This document shows, one piece after another, positions 1-13,200 of a stretch of DNA of 64,000 bases. Where the stretch lies: positions 28,644,001 to 28,708,000 of the forward strand of contig OX442314.1 of NCBI GenBank assembly GCA_949358305.1, written 5' to 3'. The notes below the pieces were generated by a model. It was not told the origin of the DNA and ran no database searches. It saw only the letters and a program-made list of their open reading frames with translations. Source of the stretch: Strigamia acuminata. Its lineage: Eukaryota. The first letter of the stretch is position 1. Each line of letters begins with the position of its first letter. Position numbers and translations under genes: made by a program.

Positions 1-53
1 CTAGATATACTTAGACACTTACCCAATCATATTTAAATTAACTATAGCTACAT

Positions 54-500
54 TTTAGACTTCTAAACCGAATGTTTAGAAAGTCTAATAAAACGGTCAT
101 GTCCGTCTATCTGTCCGTCCGTCGTCATCGATTCCGCAAAAACTATAGCAGCTAGAGCCAAACGGACAGCGGCAATAAATTCAGCGTACCTGTATTAGTA
201 TCCTAGGGTCTTTTTGCAATTTTCCGACCTCCGGTTAAATTAATAAACACGATTTTGTACACTTTTAGCTGTCTAATCTAATAATACTACTTCTGTCCGC
301 GCACCGGAAGTTGTAACATTCTACGAGCGCCACCTGGCGGATCCCGTGAGCCGTCGCGATACGTTTTTTGATGTTTACTATATGGAAATGAGGTCCAAAA
401 ATTCTGGAACCAAGCCCAATCGATTGGAAATCCAAATCTACATGACCCTGTATATATTTTTTTTGTTTGGTCGAAAAAAAGTCTGCATTACGATACACCA
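54..500. mobile_element. Possible Helentron/DINE-1-like non-autonomous element
   Basis: 5' hairpin ttagacttctaaac-cgaat-gtttagaaagtctaa, then a (gtcc/gtct) microsatellite and 'aaaactatagcagctaga', the layout typical of DINE-1/HINE elements. Right end uncertain. Confidence 0.45.
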
Positions 501-1319
501 AAAATTGTAAATTGTAAATGTAAATTTACAAGTTTGAAAACCTAAATTAGCTAGTTTGTTGTACTAAAAGTTGAATAATTTTGGCTAAATTGCTACAGAA
601 TTTCATAAGATGGGATAATAATTTCTTTTACCTACTGTCAGTTAATTACAAATAATATTTTCTTTTTTGAAGGGAACGTATTCAGAGGTCGAAATAAATA
701 CCTCAAGCGGAGTGTGCACACAATACTTAACTGGTGTGTTTAGCTATTTTCCACTAACCCTAACTACCCATGCTATACAGCAAATGATTGCCATAATTTC
801 ATGCTTTTTGATGCTGTACACAGTTACACCTCATGCCATCGAATGACATAGGACAGGAAACAAACACTTTAATATAATCATTTGTTGTATCGTTGATTAC
901 AGAAAAAATGCTTTCGACATTTTCTAATCCCCGATTTGACTTTCAGTTTCATTAGACTTCTTTTGATGATATTTATAAAATGATTTTACCCGACTTTCTT
1001 TAAGTCAATTATCTGAATGATTTGTTTTTGCTTTCTAGATGAAGTACCATTCAATGGCCAGACCACAAGTGTTGTGACAGCTTACTCGACTCTTTCATTG
1101 AGTTTATGCCACCATTACTACCAGGTATAAGAGCACTTTAATAATAAAACTAGTTTAGTATGTTAATTGATTGTCATGTATCACAAAAGTTTTTTACAAC
1201 TACAAAAGAAGACCAAGATTTGGATTTAACTTCAAACATATTACTACCAATGGAAGATGGAGTGGGAATAGGTGTTTTGTATAACATGATCAAGGTGCGA
1301 CAACTTAAATAATCTAATA

Positions 1320-1743
1320 AAGGGTGTCCCAAAAATAACGCAAGATTTGAATTAACCGCCATTTGTGCAGTAAATTGTTGGCAACCCTGAAACAACAACG
1401 ATTTGACAGCTGAAAGTTTAGGGTTTTATCTGCCGAAATTGCATTATATTGATGTGGCCAATATGTGGTTTCAACAAGACGGTGCAAGAAAAAAGGGTCA
1501 ATTCTGATCACCGAAATCGGTGATGTCTCATGCAGTAATTGAATTGTTTCTATGGTTGTATGGCAATATGGCATGTGGCACCGTCTTGTTGAAACCACAT
1601 ATTGGCCACATCAATATAATCCAATTTCGGCAGATAAAACCCTAAACTTTCAGCTGTCAAATCGTTGTTGTTTCAGGGTTGCCAACAATTTACTGCACAA
1701 ATGGCGGCTAATTCAAATCTTGCGTTATTTTTGGGACACCCTA
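1320..1743. mobile_element. Tc1/mariner-family palindromic MITE with transposase remnant
   Basis: About 165-bp inverted arms (agggtgtcccaaaaataacgc.../...gcgttatttttgggacaccct) with TA flanks; the minus strand encodes NMWFQQDGATCH...ETIQLLHET. Confidence 0.85.
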
Positions 1744-1974
1744 TACTTTTACAAACTAACTTAACTAATATTTTTAAAAAAAATTATTTATAGTTTTACC
1801 GCATAAATACACCGAAACGAAAATGTATGCCATCAAATGAATTCTATATTTGCAAAAAACAATGTTACCGCAAAAAGTTGAATGAAAAATTAACATGCCG
1901 GTATAGTATTGCATATCTGTACAAGTATTCATATCTGTACAAGTATTCACATCTACACTCAAGCTTTAAAATTT

Positions 1975-2130
1975 AGCAGCAGCATTCAAAAAGTCTAAAA
2001 CGACTCGTTTCTATCGTTTCGTGTTGTTACGTTTGACGTCATTCCCATTGAAATCAATCGGAATGACGTCTCACCTACCGACACGAAACGACAGAAACGA
2101 GTCGTTTTAGACTTTTTGAATGCAGCTACT
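1975..2130. mobile_element. MITE with about 50-bp inverted arms
   Basis: gcattcaaaaagtctaaaacgactcgtttc.../...gaaacgagtcgttttagactttttgaatgc; same terminus as 5376-5515. Confidence 0.75.
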
Positions 2131-2344
2131 GTTTATTTTTAAGATTTTTACTAGCCAAATAAACCACTGTGCACTAACATAAGTACTAAAATAAATATTT
2201 CATCACTTCTTTCACACAGAATTTCTGATCAATTTACTTGTAGTAGTAGTAACAGAGCACACACACAGACACACAACTTACACACACTTCACTTTGAAAA
2301 GAATTTATGCACACGTTTAACCCAAAAACAAAAAGAATATTTGT

Positions 2345-2399
2345 AAAACAGTCAAACCCACTGGATCATAAGCCATGATCCAGTGGGTTTGACTGTTTT
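2345..2399. repeat. Perfect 25-bp hairpin with 5-nt loop
   Basis: aaaacagtcaaacccactggatcat-aagcc-atgatccagtgggtttgactgtttt. Confidence 0.9.
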
Positions 2400-2429
2400 C
2401 CATGGCTAACAAAATTTTTTTCTCTCCAG

Positions 2430-2805
2430 TTTACCGTACATAGATCAACTGCACTATCCCATGTGTCTGACATCGCAATCGGCAAAAACAGCTGATTCTA
2501 TCTACAAAAAGATATTTCTCGACACAAATGTAAAAGATGAATGCCAATGTCACATTCCCTGCATAGAATCTAAGTACTCTAGCTTGCAATATGTTACATA
2601 CACCAGTGATCCTGCGTACAGTATAATAGCCCATACTTTCGCAACAAACAAAATTCAAATCTTTATTGATCAGCTTCAATACGACCTTATCTCATTCATA
2701 TGTGACATCGGAAACATATTAAGTTTATCAGTAGGTCTGTCAATATTGAGTGTTGCAAGAAAAATGGAAAGACTGGTTTTTAAATATCTGCAAAAACCGA
2801 ATTAA
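2430..2805 (+). CDS. Terminal exon of a DEG/ENaC (pickpocket/ASIC-like) channel subunit
   Basis: Acceptor ttttctctccag at 2429; ECQCHIPC...Y...YDLISFICDIGNILSLSVGLSILS matches the Cys-rich, pre-TM2 and TM2 (GxS) end of DEG/ENaC proteins; AATAAA at 2889-2894. Upstream exons not confidently found. Confidence 0.78.
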
Positions 2806-4516
2806 CTGTGTTGTATTAATATCATTGAGATGTGCAATATGTAATATGTAATAATGTGTAATACAGTAAGTGTTACTTCAAATTTTCAAATAAATGTACA
2901 CCAACATTTTAAAGCAATTTCTGTAATTGAGTGATGCAACTAAATTCCCAAACATACAATTCTCACGAAAATCACGAGCAATTTATTCATGCACAAAGAT
3001 AATAATTTATTAACTCTTTAAATATTTCGCTGCATCAAATTAAACCTTGATCATGTTGATTACTGATTTCTTTTCCCCAAACCCGTTTTTAAGTCGAGGA
3101 CCCATTGTTTGTTGATTGTATGCACCTATGGATTAAAATTCACTACTGGAAGGCCTATTTCCATTTGGACAGGCCTCGATATTTGCTCTGGTTGAAGACT
3201 TATTCATCTTAATGCAAGATCAATAAAGCAATTATTTACAAAATAAACCTTTGCTGTTTAACCCTATTTGTTCAATTTGACTTGAAGTCAGTTTTGCATT
3301 TTACGACTTTGTAATTCAAATTTACTACATCTGAATGTATTTTTATTCACCTTAGAAATGCTCATGTTTCCTTACGGAGCCATCGTATTGTTTTGAATGC
3401 ACGAAAACTTAAATTGCTCTTTTTCCGATTACCACCTGATTACCATAAGATTTTAATCGTTATTACGCTGTTCTGATATTACTGCAATAATTCATGTTAA
3501 AGCATTCGCACAAAATAATCCGGTGTAATGACTCGTGTTTATCAAATTAATAGAAAGATAAAGAGATTAATGTTTGGCACATTTAGCACATTGTTGAAAA
3601 CATTTATAAATTCTAATTAGTGTTGTATGTGCACGGAAATTTAACCCAACGTTTTCTTCATTTCACATCAATTTAAAAAATTTATAAAAAGTTAAAAGAA
3701 ACAATATTAATTGATTGATAAACTTATGTCTTTGATGAAACATTTCCGCCCAATATCTATATTTACATGTTCACTAATAAGTTAACAGAAATTATTGATG
3801 TTTTCTAAGCACAGAAAAAACTGTGTGATAATGTACTCACAACTCTGAATTAATTCACGAATAAAGATTTAACATTCTAAAATTCACTTTAGTATTCTAA
3901 ATGTTGATTGCGAACATCCCCAATCGAAATCCCTCTGATCAACGCAAATCAAACACGTATTGGCTAGAAAATCCCCTCAAAAATCCGTCCAGGAGTCACT
4001 CAATCGCGCAACCGAAAACGTTTCCCACAACGTGTAAAAAAATTAAATTTATAAAATTTTAAAATCAATTATTCCCTTACAAATTCAACAATTCAACCCC
4101 GATCTGCGACCAGGCCATCGAAGGGGCTCACACCACCGCGCCGGCAAAAGCACTCGATTAATTGAGGGTAAAAAATGCCACATAAAACAAAACTATGGCA
4201 AATGACGATTATACACGAGTGAATTGCAAGTGAGTATATTTCCTACCTTCGCGGTTTAAACGTCGTCAGCCCGTCATAATCGTCCACGAAACATTTCGTC
4301 AATTCCTAAACGAGAAAAATTAATCAATTGAATTGCTCATAATCGTTAAAAATCGACTTTTCTTCATTTCACGAACCCATCTTCGCAACCTGCTATGCCA
4401 CATCAGATGAGAGGAGATCCAAACATTTTCAAAATCCTGTTTACATAAAAATAAATAAATAAGCAAATAAATTAGATAAAAACAAATAAACGAACAACAT
4501 TTTTAATACATTAAAC

Positions 4517-4970
4517 CAGAGTTTCCCAAACGGTGAGGCGCGCCTCACTGGTGAGGCGCGAGCTGATTTTTGGTGAGGCGCAACGCATCGCTCACAAAAA
4601 AAATTTTTAAAAAAATTTTTAACAATCAATATAACTGATAGACATGATGCCCTTCCCCTGGAATAGTGCACTTGTCTTGTCGCCTAGAAGAGTCTATTCT
4701 ATATAGACAATACACAACTGCCAAATTCAAATCCATTCCAGTTTGTTTGCTCAATTCTATTTTGGATAAATAGCTGATAAATAAGCCTTCATGGTCATAA
4801 AATTATATGTAAAATTGTATAAAATTGTATGCAATAGTATATAAAAATTTCTTTTTTTCTTTTTAGTAGTTCATTTTTGAAAAATTTAATGCACCGGTAG
4901 ATGAGGTGGGGCGCGGAAGATCGCCTTGCTTAAAAGTGGGGCGCGATGCTAAAAAGTTTGGGAACCCCTG
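4517..4970. mobile_element. hAT (Charlie-like) MITE
   Basis: TIRs cagagtttcccaaac / gtttgggaacccctg; perfect 8-bp TSD cattaaac (4509-4516, 4971-4978). Confidence 0.88.
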
Positions 4971-5375
4971 CATTAAACCCGCGGTTTCATAATGAAAGTC
5001 TCCATTGTTTTCTTTTCGCCGGTAAATGGCTCTGTACACGGTGTAAGAGAACAGGTGTTGAAGCGACTCCCCTAGCTGTGGCCGGATAAATATTCTAGTT
5101 TGAGATTTGTCACCGTGTGGCGCTGAAAAACGTGGTCATTGTTTTGTAGTCTTTATGTATTTTAAACCAGCTGCCGGTATGTGGAAATGCACTTAACAAT
5201 GAGAAATGTTTTAGTGGAATGTCATTCTTTTTTTTTTAATTCCAGCAAACATTAATTTAGGTATTAAAATTACACTTGGAGTTAATTTTAATTTTTAAAA
5301 ACATTCATCTTACCGTGAACTCTTTATTTGACACAAAAAAGTATCTTTGCTATTAATAAATGCAGTAATGAACTA

Positions 5376-5515
5376 TAGCTGCATTCAAAAACTAAAATAT
5401 TTTGAGTTTTACTTCAATTTTAAACCAAAAATGACATCATTTCCTGTTTAAACCCAAGTTAAAACTTAAAATACACTTAAACTAAAATTGTTATTTTAAT
5501 TTTTGAATGCAGCTA
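5376..5515. mobile_element. MITE nested in the P-type element
   Basis: TIRs tagctgcattcaaaaa / tttttgaatgcagcta. Confidence 0.7.
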
Positions 5516-5635
5516 CAGTAAATTTTAATTTTTCAAACCATTTATTTTAAACTATTTATTTTACACAAAAAAAAGTATTTTTGCTAGTAATAAATGCAAA
5601 CAGAGTAAAGTGTAAAAGATAAATCCAAATTGCAG

Positions 5636-6013
5636 TTATGTTTCACACAATTTGGATGTTTTCTTCTTCTCTTTTGCCAGCTTTTTAACTGGTGAAATGT
5701 GTTTAAGATTCTGTCACATTCTTAACAATATATAATAATGTATTGTATATGATATTACAAAATCTTTATGCTCACCACAAGGGAATGCTAGATGAGAAGA
5801 TGAAACTAAATTATCCATGCAATTCTCATAAACATCAATATTGCTTTTGTGTTTCTGAAATACATTCTCAGCTTCTCGAATTAACTTGTACATGTTAATA
5901 TTTGGATCGGTAAGCCAGCCTTTAGTTTTGATATTAACCAGTTCAGCTTCTTGAACTGAAGAATGCACAACAGAAATACAAAAAGAATTTTTACAAAGTT
6001 CACATTTAATGAA
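5636..6013 (-). pseudogene. P/THAP9-type transposase C-terminal fragment with in-frame stop
   Basis: IKCELCK...LVNIKTKGWLTDP...FPCGEHK...YYILLRM*QNLK...KKKTSKL; C-x2-C, G-x-L-x-x-P and C-x2-H plus a basic tail resemble P-superfamily transposase ends. Confidence 0.7.
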
Positions 6014-7159
6014 TTAGCAGTAGACTGGATGACTGGAGGTGGATATCAAACAAAAGGTTTTGATCATATATCATAGGTCATATGTCAAGAAAAAAATAGT
6101 TTAAAATTATCATTTGGTTTATTTTCTCTTATTTTATTTCTGCTGTTTTTTAAGCATAAAACACCAAAATGACACTTTTAAGCATAAAACCTCAACTTTT
6201 AATTGGAGAATCTGATTAAAATCAAGTCGTAAATTTGTTGAAAATCATATAAATCAGTTCAGCTGACAAACGACAGCTGACAACTGACAGCTGAGTATTT
6301 GAGGAGTAAAGTTATACTGTACCAAAATCAAAAAAATTCTTGTAAAACCATGTTAAAAATTTGTTTAAAATCGTTAAATTCGTTAAAAATATTAAAAGCT
6401 GACAACCCAAGGCTGCCGAGATCATAGAATTAAATAAAATAATAATAATAATAATAATAATATTTATTTCTTATGGATATAAAAGGGTGCTCCCAACAGC
6501 TATTGCTTACAACAAGGAGCACCCAGAGTACAAAAATTAAAAAAAAAAATTAAATGACATGAGTAATAATAATAATAATAACAAATATAATATTTACTGC
6601 ATAGTCAGAAAAGTAAACTGATAGAATTATACACGCCATTGATTTCAATGACCACGTTTTCCAGCACCGCGTGGTGGCAAACGACAGAACTTGAATATTT
6701 ATGGGCTCAACGGTTCAAGGCTATTTTGTATGGTCGCTTCAACACCTGTTCTCTTACACCGTGGCTCTGTATGTCAAGAAGATGGCGCCAGAAATTGTCA
6801 TCAGTAACAACCAATCAAAAGTAAAATGTGGTTTGTTACGTGCTTCACGATTGGTTGGCTGAAGGATCGCGGTTTTGTAACGATTCTCCTCGTTGGTTGA
6901 TGTTTTATGCAGCAGAGCAGATGTAGTGATAAATTCTTCTTAAATGATACCATCAGATTGAATTTATTTTTCTGCAACAATTTAAATTCTTCTGATATCA
7001 GTGCACAATGGGCCATATGAACATTGAATTAAATCAATAACTAATCAGGACGCCATCTGATGCCAATTACCGTCAACCTTTTCTCCATATTGGCAAATTA
7101 CACCTACAAGTTAGTTGCGCGTGAAGTGAAATAAAAACATGTATAAAATGTAAAACCAT

Positions 7160-7165
7160 TTTATT
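7160..7165 (-). promoter_or_regulatory. Candidate projectin polyadenylation signal (AATAAA)
   Basis: AATAAA on the minus strand followed by T/GT-rich sequence, about 470 bp past the stop. Confidence 0.5.
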
Positions 7166-7531
7166 GATAAGGATAAATATCTACATAAAATAAATTTTTT
7201 TTTGTTTTTACATGTTTAAATTTCGTTTCTCTAATCGTAAATACATAGCTATTATTCAGTCAAGTAAAGGAAATATTGAAAACAATCCTACAGTCAGCCA
7301 TTTGCATATTTTTAACTATTCAAGAAATTAAAAATATACAAATTGAATAGGGAAAAAGGAACAAATCATAAATAAAAATTAAAAAAAAAGTTGGCAATTT
7401 CCCCCAAATAAAGCAGCAAAATAAATAATTAAACAAATAAAAGAAAATAAACAAAAAAAAGTTGCGTTAAAACACTACAAAGTTCTTTTGGAGAATATTT
7501 TCTCTCAGAACATCTCGGAAAATATTCGTAT

Positions 7532-7595
7532 CTAAAAAAGAAAAATAAAACAAATTAAAAAAATAAATAAATTTTTATATGAATTTTTGTTTCAC
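7532..7595 (-). other. Probable 64-nt intron in the projectin 3' UTR
   Basis: CAG|gtgaaa...ttttcttttttag|A, 36 nt after the stop; same size and composition as the gene's short introns. Confidence 0.6.
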
Positions 7596-7631
7596 CTGTA
7601 CAAATTTTACACCACTTTAAGTGAGGCGTGT

Positions 7632-10285
7632 TCAAATGTCATCTTGAGTAAACACATTGAGTGAGAAAGTAGCTTTACTCTGTTCTCCCTTTTTGTTTGC
7701 CAAAATGACCGAATATTGACCAACGTCCGTTATGAGTGCATTCGGAAGTTCCATCGAATATTTCTTCTTTCCTTCGGCCGTAAATTTAAATCGACTCGAA
7801 GCCTCGTCGATCGGCTTGTTATCCTTATTCCACGTGACTATAAAAACACAAATTGATCAATCGCCCTAATCAGGACTTTCCCCAGCTCCACACCTCATCC
7901 AAAACCACCACAAACCCAACTCACCTTTATTCGGAGGTTTCTCAGACTCAATAATAAACTTCACCTCTTTTCCTTCAACCACAGTCATCGACTGCGGGAA
8001 ATTCACTATCTTCGGTCCCTTCATTTCTTCGTTAGGAACTAAAAAACCAAAAAAAAAATAAACTTAATCAAATCCAAGCACAAGAAAACTAAAACCAAAA
8101 CCAAACGCACCCAAAACTATAAGTGTACAACTACTAAACGCCTCTCCCGCGTCATTAAACGCCTCGCAAGTGTAAGTGCCGCCGTCTTCCGGGAATATCT
8201 CCGCAATGGCCAACTTGTAAACGTCGCCGGCCGTCTCGTACTGGAAGTCCTTGCTCGGTTTAATTTCCTTCTCGTCGTGAAGCCAAACCACTTCGAACTT
8301 GCACGATCCCTTGATGGTGCATGCCAAAACCACCGCTTCGCCGTCTTTGACCACCCTGCTGCTTATGTGCTCCGCAATCCTCGGCGGCTTGTCCGCGCCT
8401 GCGCCCTTGCCAGCCGCGGCCGCCGCTTTCTGTTCCATCGCTTAAAATCAAAGTAGAAAGCAAATAAGTTTCCGGTATCCGTTTCCGCTTTAATTTCGTG
8501 AAAACGAGCGAGTTTTTACGTTCGACCGTGAGTTTTCCTCTGGTTTCCGCTTGGCCCATCGAGTTTTTCGCTCTGCACACGTACACTCCTTCGTCTTCCG
8601 GAAACACTTCGTTGATGCTCAGACTGGCAATGCCTTGTCTGTATTTCAGATCGATGATATCCGAAGAACTCAGCAACTGAAATTTTTGGACAAAAAACAT
8701 TTCATTTTTTGGTTTTACACACTAGTATTATTATCGCTTTTGAATAGAATGGGTCCTTTGTTTTTTTTCTAAGTCCCCGGGCCCCAAATTACTGTACTTT
8801 CCTATTTTTACATCATTCAGAGACTGGTCAAAACGGGATCCTACATTTGTAATGGGCCCCGGGCCCCAAATTACTGTACTTTCCTATTTTTACATCATTC
8901 AGAGACTGGTCAAAACGGGGCCCTACATTTGTGATGGAGCACCGGGCCCCAAATATATACTTTTTTTATTTTTTTTTTAAATTTTCTAGATTATTTCCAT
9001 TAGGTATTTTACATTTTCACGACTTTCAGAGTTTGGTCAGTTCGGGGCCCCTAAATCGTCATCATTTCCACTCACCTCTCCATCCTTGTACCACTCCACT
9101 TGCGGATCGGGATCGCCTCTGACGTCGCATTTCAGCAACAACGGTTCGCCGTCTTTCACCTTCAGATCCTTCAACTCTTCCACGAACTCCGGCGGACACA
9201 TCATGGAATCATCGGGCGGAACTGAACAAAACATACTTCAAAACCTCAAAACCTCACCTAACCCAAACCCCTTCGACATATACTCACGTTCCAGCTCTTT
9301 GGTAGCGCTGCGCGATCTAGCGGGACTCGTCGCCTCCTTTTTCCCGTACGGTTTCTGCAGCCGCTTCGCCGCAGATTTCACCGTGTCGTCCGCCTTGCTC
9401 GGCTTCGACGCCGGCTTCGAGACCGGCTGCGGCGCGGGCCTGCTCGCGGGCTGCGACGCGGGCGCTTCCGTCGGCAATCTGTACTCGAACCGGCGATCCT
9501 CGACGATCACTTCGCAATGCGTTTCGTCCTCGCCCAAAGTATTGGTCGCTACGCACGAATATTTACCTGCGTCGTTCAAATTCACGCTAAGTATTTCCAT
9601 GGTGACCACGCCGTCCGAGTGCGTCTGCGTGAACTCGTATTTGTTGATTTCGTGGTGCCCCTTGTACCATTTCACCTAAAAAAAAAATTATTAATTTAAT
9701 TTAAATTCATTAAATATATAATTTTAATATAATTACGTCCGGAATCGGTTTGCCAGCCAAACAGCACAAGAGTTTGACGCTGTTTCCGACTTGAATGACG
9801 CGCGGCCGTAACAAGAACGTGAAAAACGGACCGGAATCCGGAACTTCCAACCACAAATGGTAGTCCAATTGCTGTCTTCGCCTCCTGTTTACGTTTAAAC
9901 ATGGTTTTAACGTGGTTTGAAGCGTTTAAGAGCAGAAAAACTCACTGTGTTGGCATTAAGTCGGGTTTCAACATGGGGATTTCCTTGGGTATCGCTTGCA
10001 CGTTGAGGAAAACGGGTTCCTCGCGCGATCCCCAGCTGTTTTCGGCGCGAACGATGTATTCGCCGCGGTCCTCCAGCTTGCATCGGTTGATGATGAGGGA
10101 GTAGTCGTCGCCAGAGTATCGTTTCATGAATTTGACGCTTTGGCGCAGCTCCATGTTGTCGCGGTACCAGTAGACGGTCGGAGGCGCGGTGGCGATCACC
10201 CTGCAGTAGAATTTCGCGCTCTGGCCTTCGAACGTGAACGCGTTGTGGGGTCGGATGACGAATCGGGGCGCCGCTTGACGCCGAT
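7632..10285 (-). CDS. bt: Projectin five C-terminal Ig domains
   Basis: Exons 9946-10285, 9737-9884, 9288-9675, 9076-9221, 8520-8676, 8111-8440, 7925-8038, 7632-7837; stop at 7632-7634. Confidence 0.95.
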
Positions 10286-13200
10286 CTGGGGAATAAATAT
10301 TGGGGAATGTGTTTAACGATCGGTTTGGGTGTTCAAGTGGGGAACAGTTTTACCGATGATGTAATCTTGAAGTCGATATTTCTCCTCGTGGAGCTTTCGG
10401 AGCGAGCTGTAATTGGCGATGTGACCAATGGGGAGATTGAAATTATCCCAGTTATCCTGCAAATGTTGGTATTAATTAGTTAAACAGTTGTTGATGATTA
10501 ATCCAATGGAATAAGGATTTGGCAAGTCCTTTTTTAAAGGATGCAAAAATACTACAAAAATTCTGCATGTTTCAACGAAATTTCTGCATTTTTCAACAAA
10601 ATTCTGCATTTTTCAACAAAATTTCTGCATTTTTCAACAAAACTTCTGTATTTTTCAACAAAATTTCTGCATTTTTCAACAAAATTCTGCATTTTTTATC
10701 AAAAATCTGCATTTATGCACAGAAATTTTGCAATTTTTCAAGAAATATTGCATTTTTTCAAATAAATTTTGCATTTTTTCAAATAAATTTTGCATTTTTT
10801 TCACCAAAATTCTGCATTTCTGCACCAAAATGTATAATTTCTTGCCTAAAAATTTAATTTTGCCCAAAATCCTAATTCCTAGTTGGATTATCCTTATTAA
10901 ATCCGAATTTCTTACATATTTTGCCCGTATTTTGTTTCTATAATCGATGTGTCTATCTTTTGAAATGGCATCCGTTCGGCCAGTCAAGTCGCCCTTGAGC
11001 CAAGCATGCTCCAAACACTCGTGAGCCGTCAATCGCTTCCTAGAATTTAAACAATAAATAAATATTAAAAATTCACATTCATTTTTCTCCTTCAAATATC
11101 TACTCTTTGTTTTTCAGGAGGAGTCGCCGAATGAAATCTTTGCCTTCATCCGACACTTTAGAAAAGGCATCCGAATCGAAGTCCCAGTCGCACGCTTTCA
11201 CGTTTTTCAACGTTTCAATGTCATTTTCTCCGGCAAACGGCGACAACCCACTCAATCTGCAACAAAAATAAATTTCTTGTAATTTTAACTTCATCAATAA
11301 TTAAGTAATTATAATTAACTCACAGCACGTAGGCCATGACGCCGACCGCCCACATGTCGGTGTAGAAACCGACGGCTTCTCGCTCGACTATCTCGGGCGC
11401 CGCGAATTCAGCAGTTCCGGTTGAGATTTTAACTATTTCGTTGGGATCGAGTTTCGTCGCCAATCCAAAGTCGATTAATTTGATATTGTTGCTTCTCTTT
11501 GTCTGGCACATGATGTTCTCCGGCTAAAAAATCAAAATGTGTAAAAGGTTTTTCAACTACTCGCAATTTTTTACAATTTTTCGCAAATATTTGCGATTTT
11601 TCGCAATTATTTACAAATTTGTCGCAATTATTTGCGATTTTTCGCAAATATTTGCGATTTTTGCAATATTGTTGCAATTTCTGCAGTTTTTGACAATTAA
11701 TTTACCTTGATATCCAAATGAATAATATTCTTTTCGTGCATGTGTTTAATGCCTTCACACAACTGGCGCATGTAATTTATGATTTCAGCCTCCGACATTT
11801 TGTAGTCGTCTGCCGTGATTCGTTCGAACAATTCTCCGCCCGACATACTACAGAAAGAAAATTTAAAAAGTTAGAACTAAATTTTAGCGATTTGTCCTTA
11901 CAATTCGTAAATGAGAATCATTTCATCGTCGTCCTCGAAAGCGTCATGAAGATTGATCAATTTTGGATGATGCAACTGGTTCATGATGTCGATTTCCTTT
12001 CGAATTAACGTTTTCTCCATCGGATGGGATACGGGAATGAATTTAGCGGCAAAAACGTGCCCGGTCTTCTTCTCGCGGCATCGATGAACGACCCCAAAAG
12101 CACCACTACAATTAAATTATTAAATAACTCGTCAATTGCACCCATAATGCAACTTCTCACGTTCCAATTTCTTCGAGAATGTCGTAATAATCGTAAACAC
12201 TCGTTGTTTTGATGTCCACAGGTTGAGGAACAAATTTCGAGTAAATATCGATCACTAAAATCGATAAAATCGGATTAATTCCCTTTTACACTAAACACGC
12301 ATTTTTACACAAGAAAAATGCATTTTTACACAGGAAAAATGCATTTTTACACAGGAAAAATGCATTTTTACACAGGAAAAATGCATTTTTACACAGGAAA
12401 AATGCATTTTTACACAGGAAAAATGCATTTTTACACAGGAAAAATGCATTTTTACACAAGAAAAATGCATTTTTACACATAAACAATGCATTTTTACACA
12501 TAAACAATGCATTTTTACACATAAACAATGCATTTTTACACATAAACAATGCATTTTTACACATAAACAATGCATTTTTACACATAAACAATGCATGTTT
12601 ACATAAACAATGCATTTTTACACATAAACAATGCATTTTTACACATAAATAATGCATTTTTACACATAAACAATACGTATTTTTCAAAAATTCTCATCCA
12701 GATTTCATACCATATGCATCGTAATTGTCAACTTTTTCTCCCTTTCCACGGATCTTCTTTCCACTCGCATCAACTAAAGCCAAGAACAAAAAACCATTTA
12801 AAAACAGCCAAAAAATAATGCAAACAAATCTTACTGGTGTACGGCTTCTTCTTGACCTTATCCTTTTCGGATTCCTTCGTTTGAATGAGCGCGGTCACTC
12901 CGCTCGGATCGCTTCGTCCGTACACGTTCTCCGCAAACACCCTGAAATCATACTGTCTGCTCGACGCCAAACCGGTCACGTTGTGGGCGGTCAATCGCGT
13001 ATTTCCGCATCTGATCCAAGTCTGCAACGGCTGCTCGCGTTTCTCAATGATGTAATTGGTCACCGAGCTTCCGCCGTCCCACGCCGGTGGTTTCCAGCTG
13101 AGCCCGACGGAATCGTGGTAAATCATGTCGACGGACGGGAATCTGGGCGGATCCGGTTTATCTAAAAATTAAACGAATAATTTAATTTAAATTAATTTAA

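Larger units (their letters stand above)
5037..6763 (-). mobile_element. Non-autonomous P-element-superfamily transposon
   Basis: Perfect 31-bp TIRs (cacggtgtaagagaacaggtgttgaagcgac), 8-bp TSD gctctgta, subterminal inverted repeats, internal transposase C-terminal fragment. Confidence 0.85.

Noticed and set aside
775..1310. Possible upstream exons of the DEG/ENaC gene (e.g. 1039-1124)
   Set aside because: Splice-like sites exist but I found no convincing family motif or frame-consistent join.
3830..4440. Slightly GC-richer stretch with donor-like sites, possibly a promoter or non-coding exons
   Set aside because: No ORF or diagnostic motif; cannot assign a function or strand.
6440..6530. 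Hairpin gggtgctcc/ggagcaccc with an (AAT)n tail, like a LINE/SINE 3' end
   Set aside because: Too short, and no TSD or reverse transcriptase remnant to confirm it.
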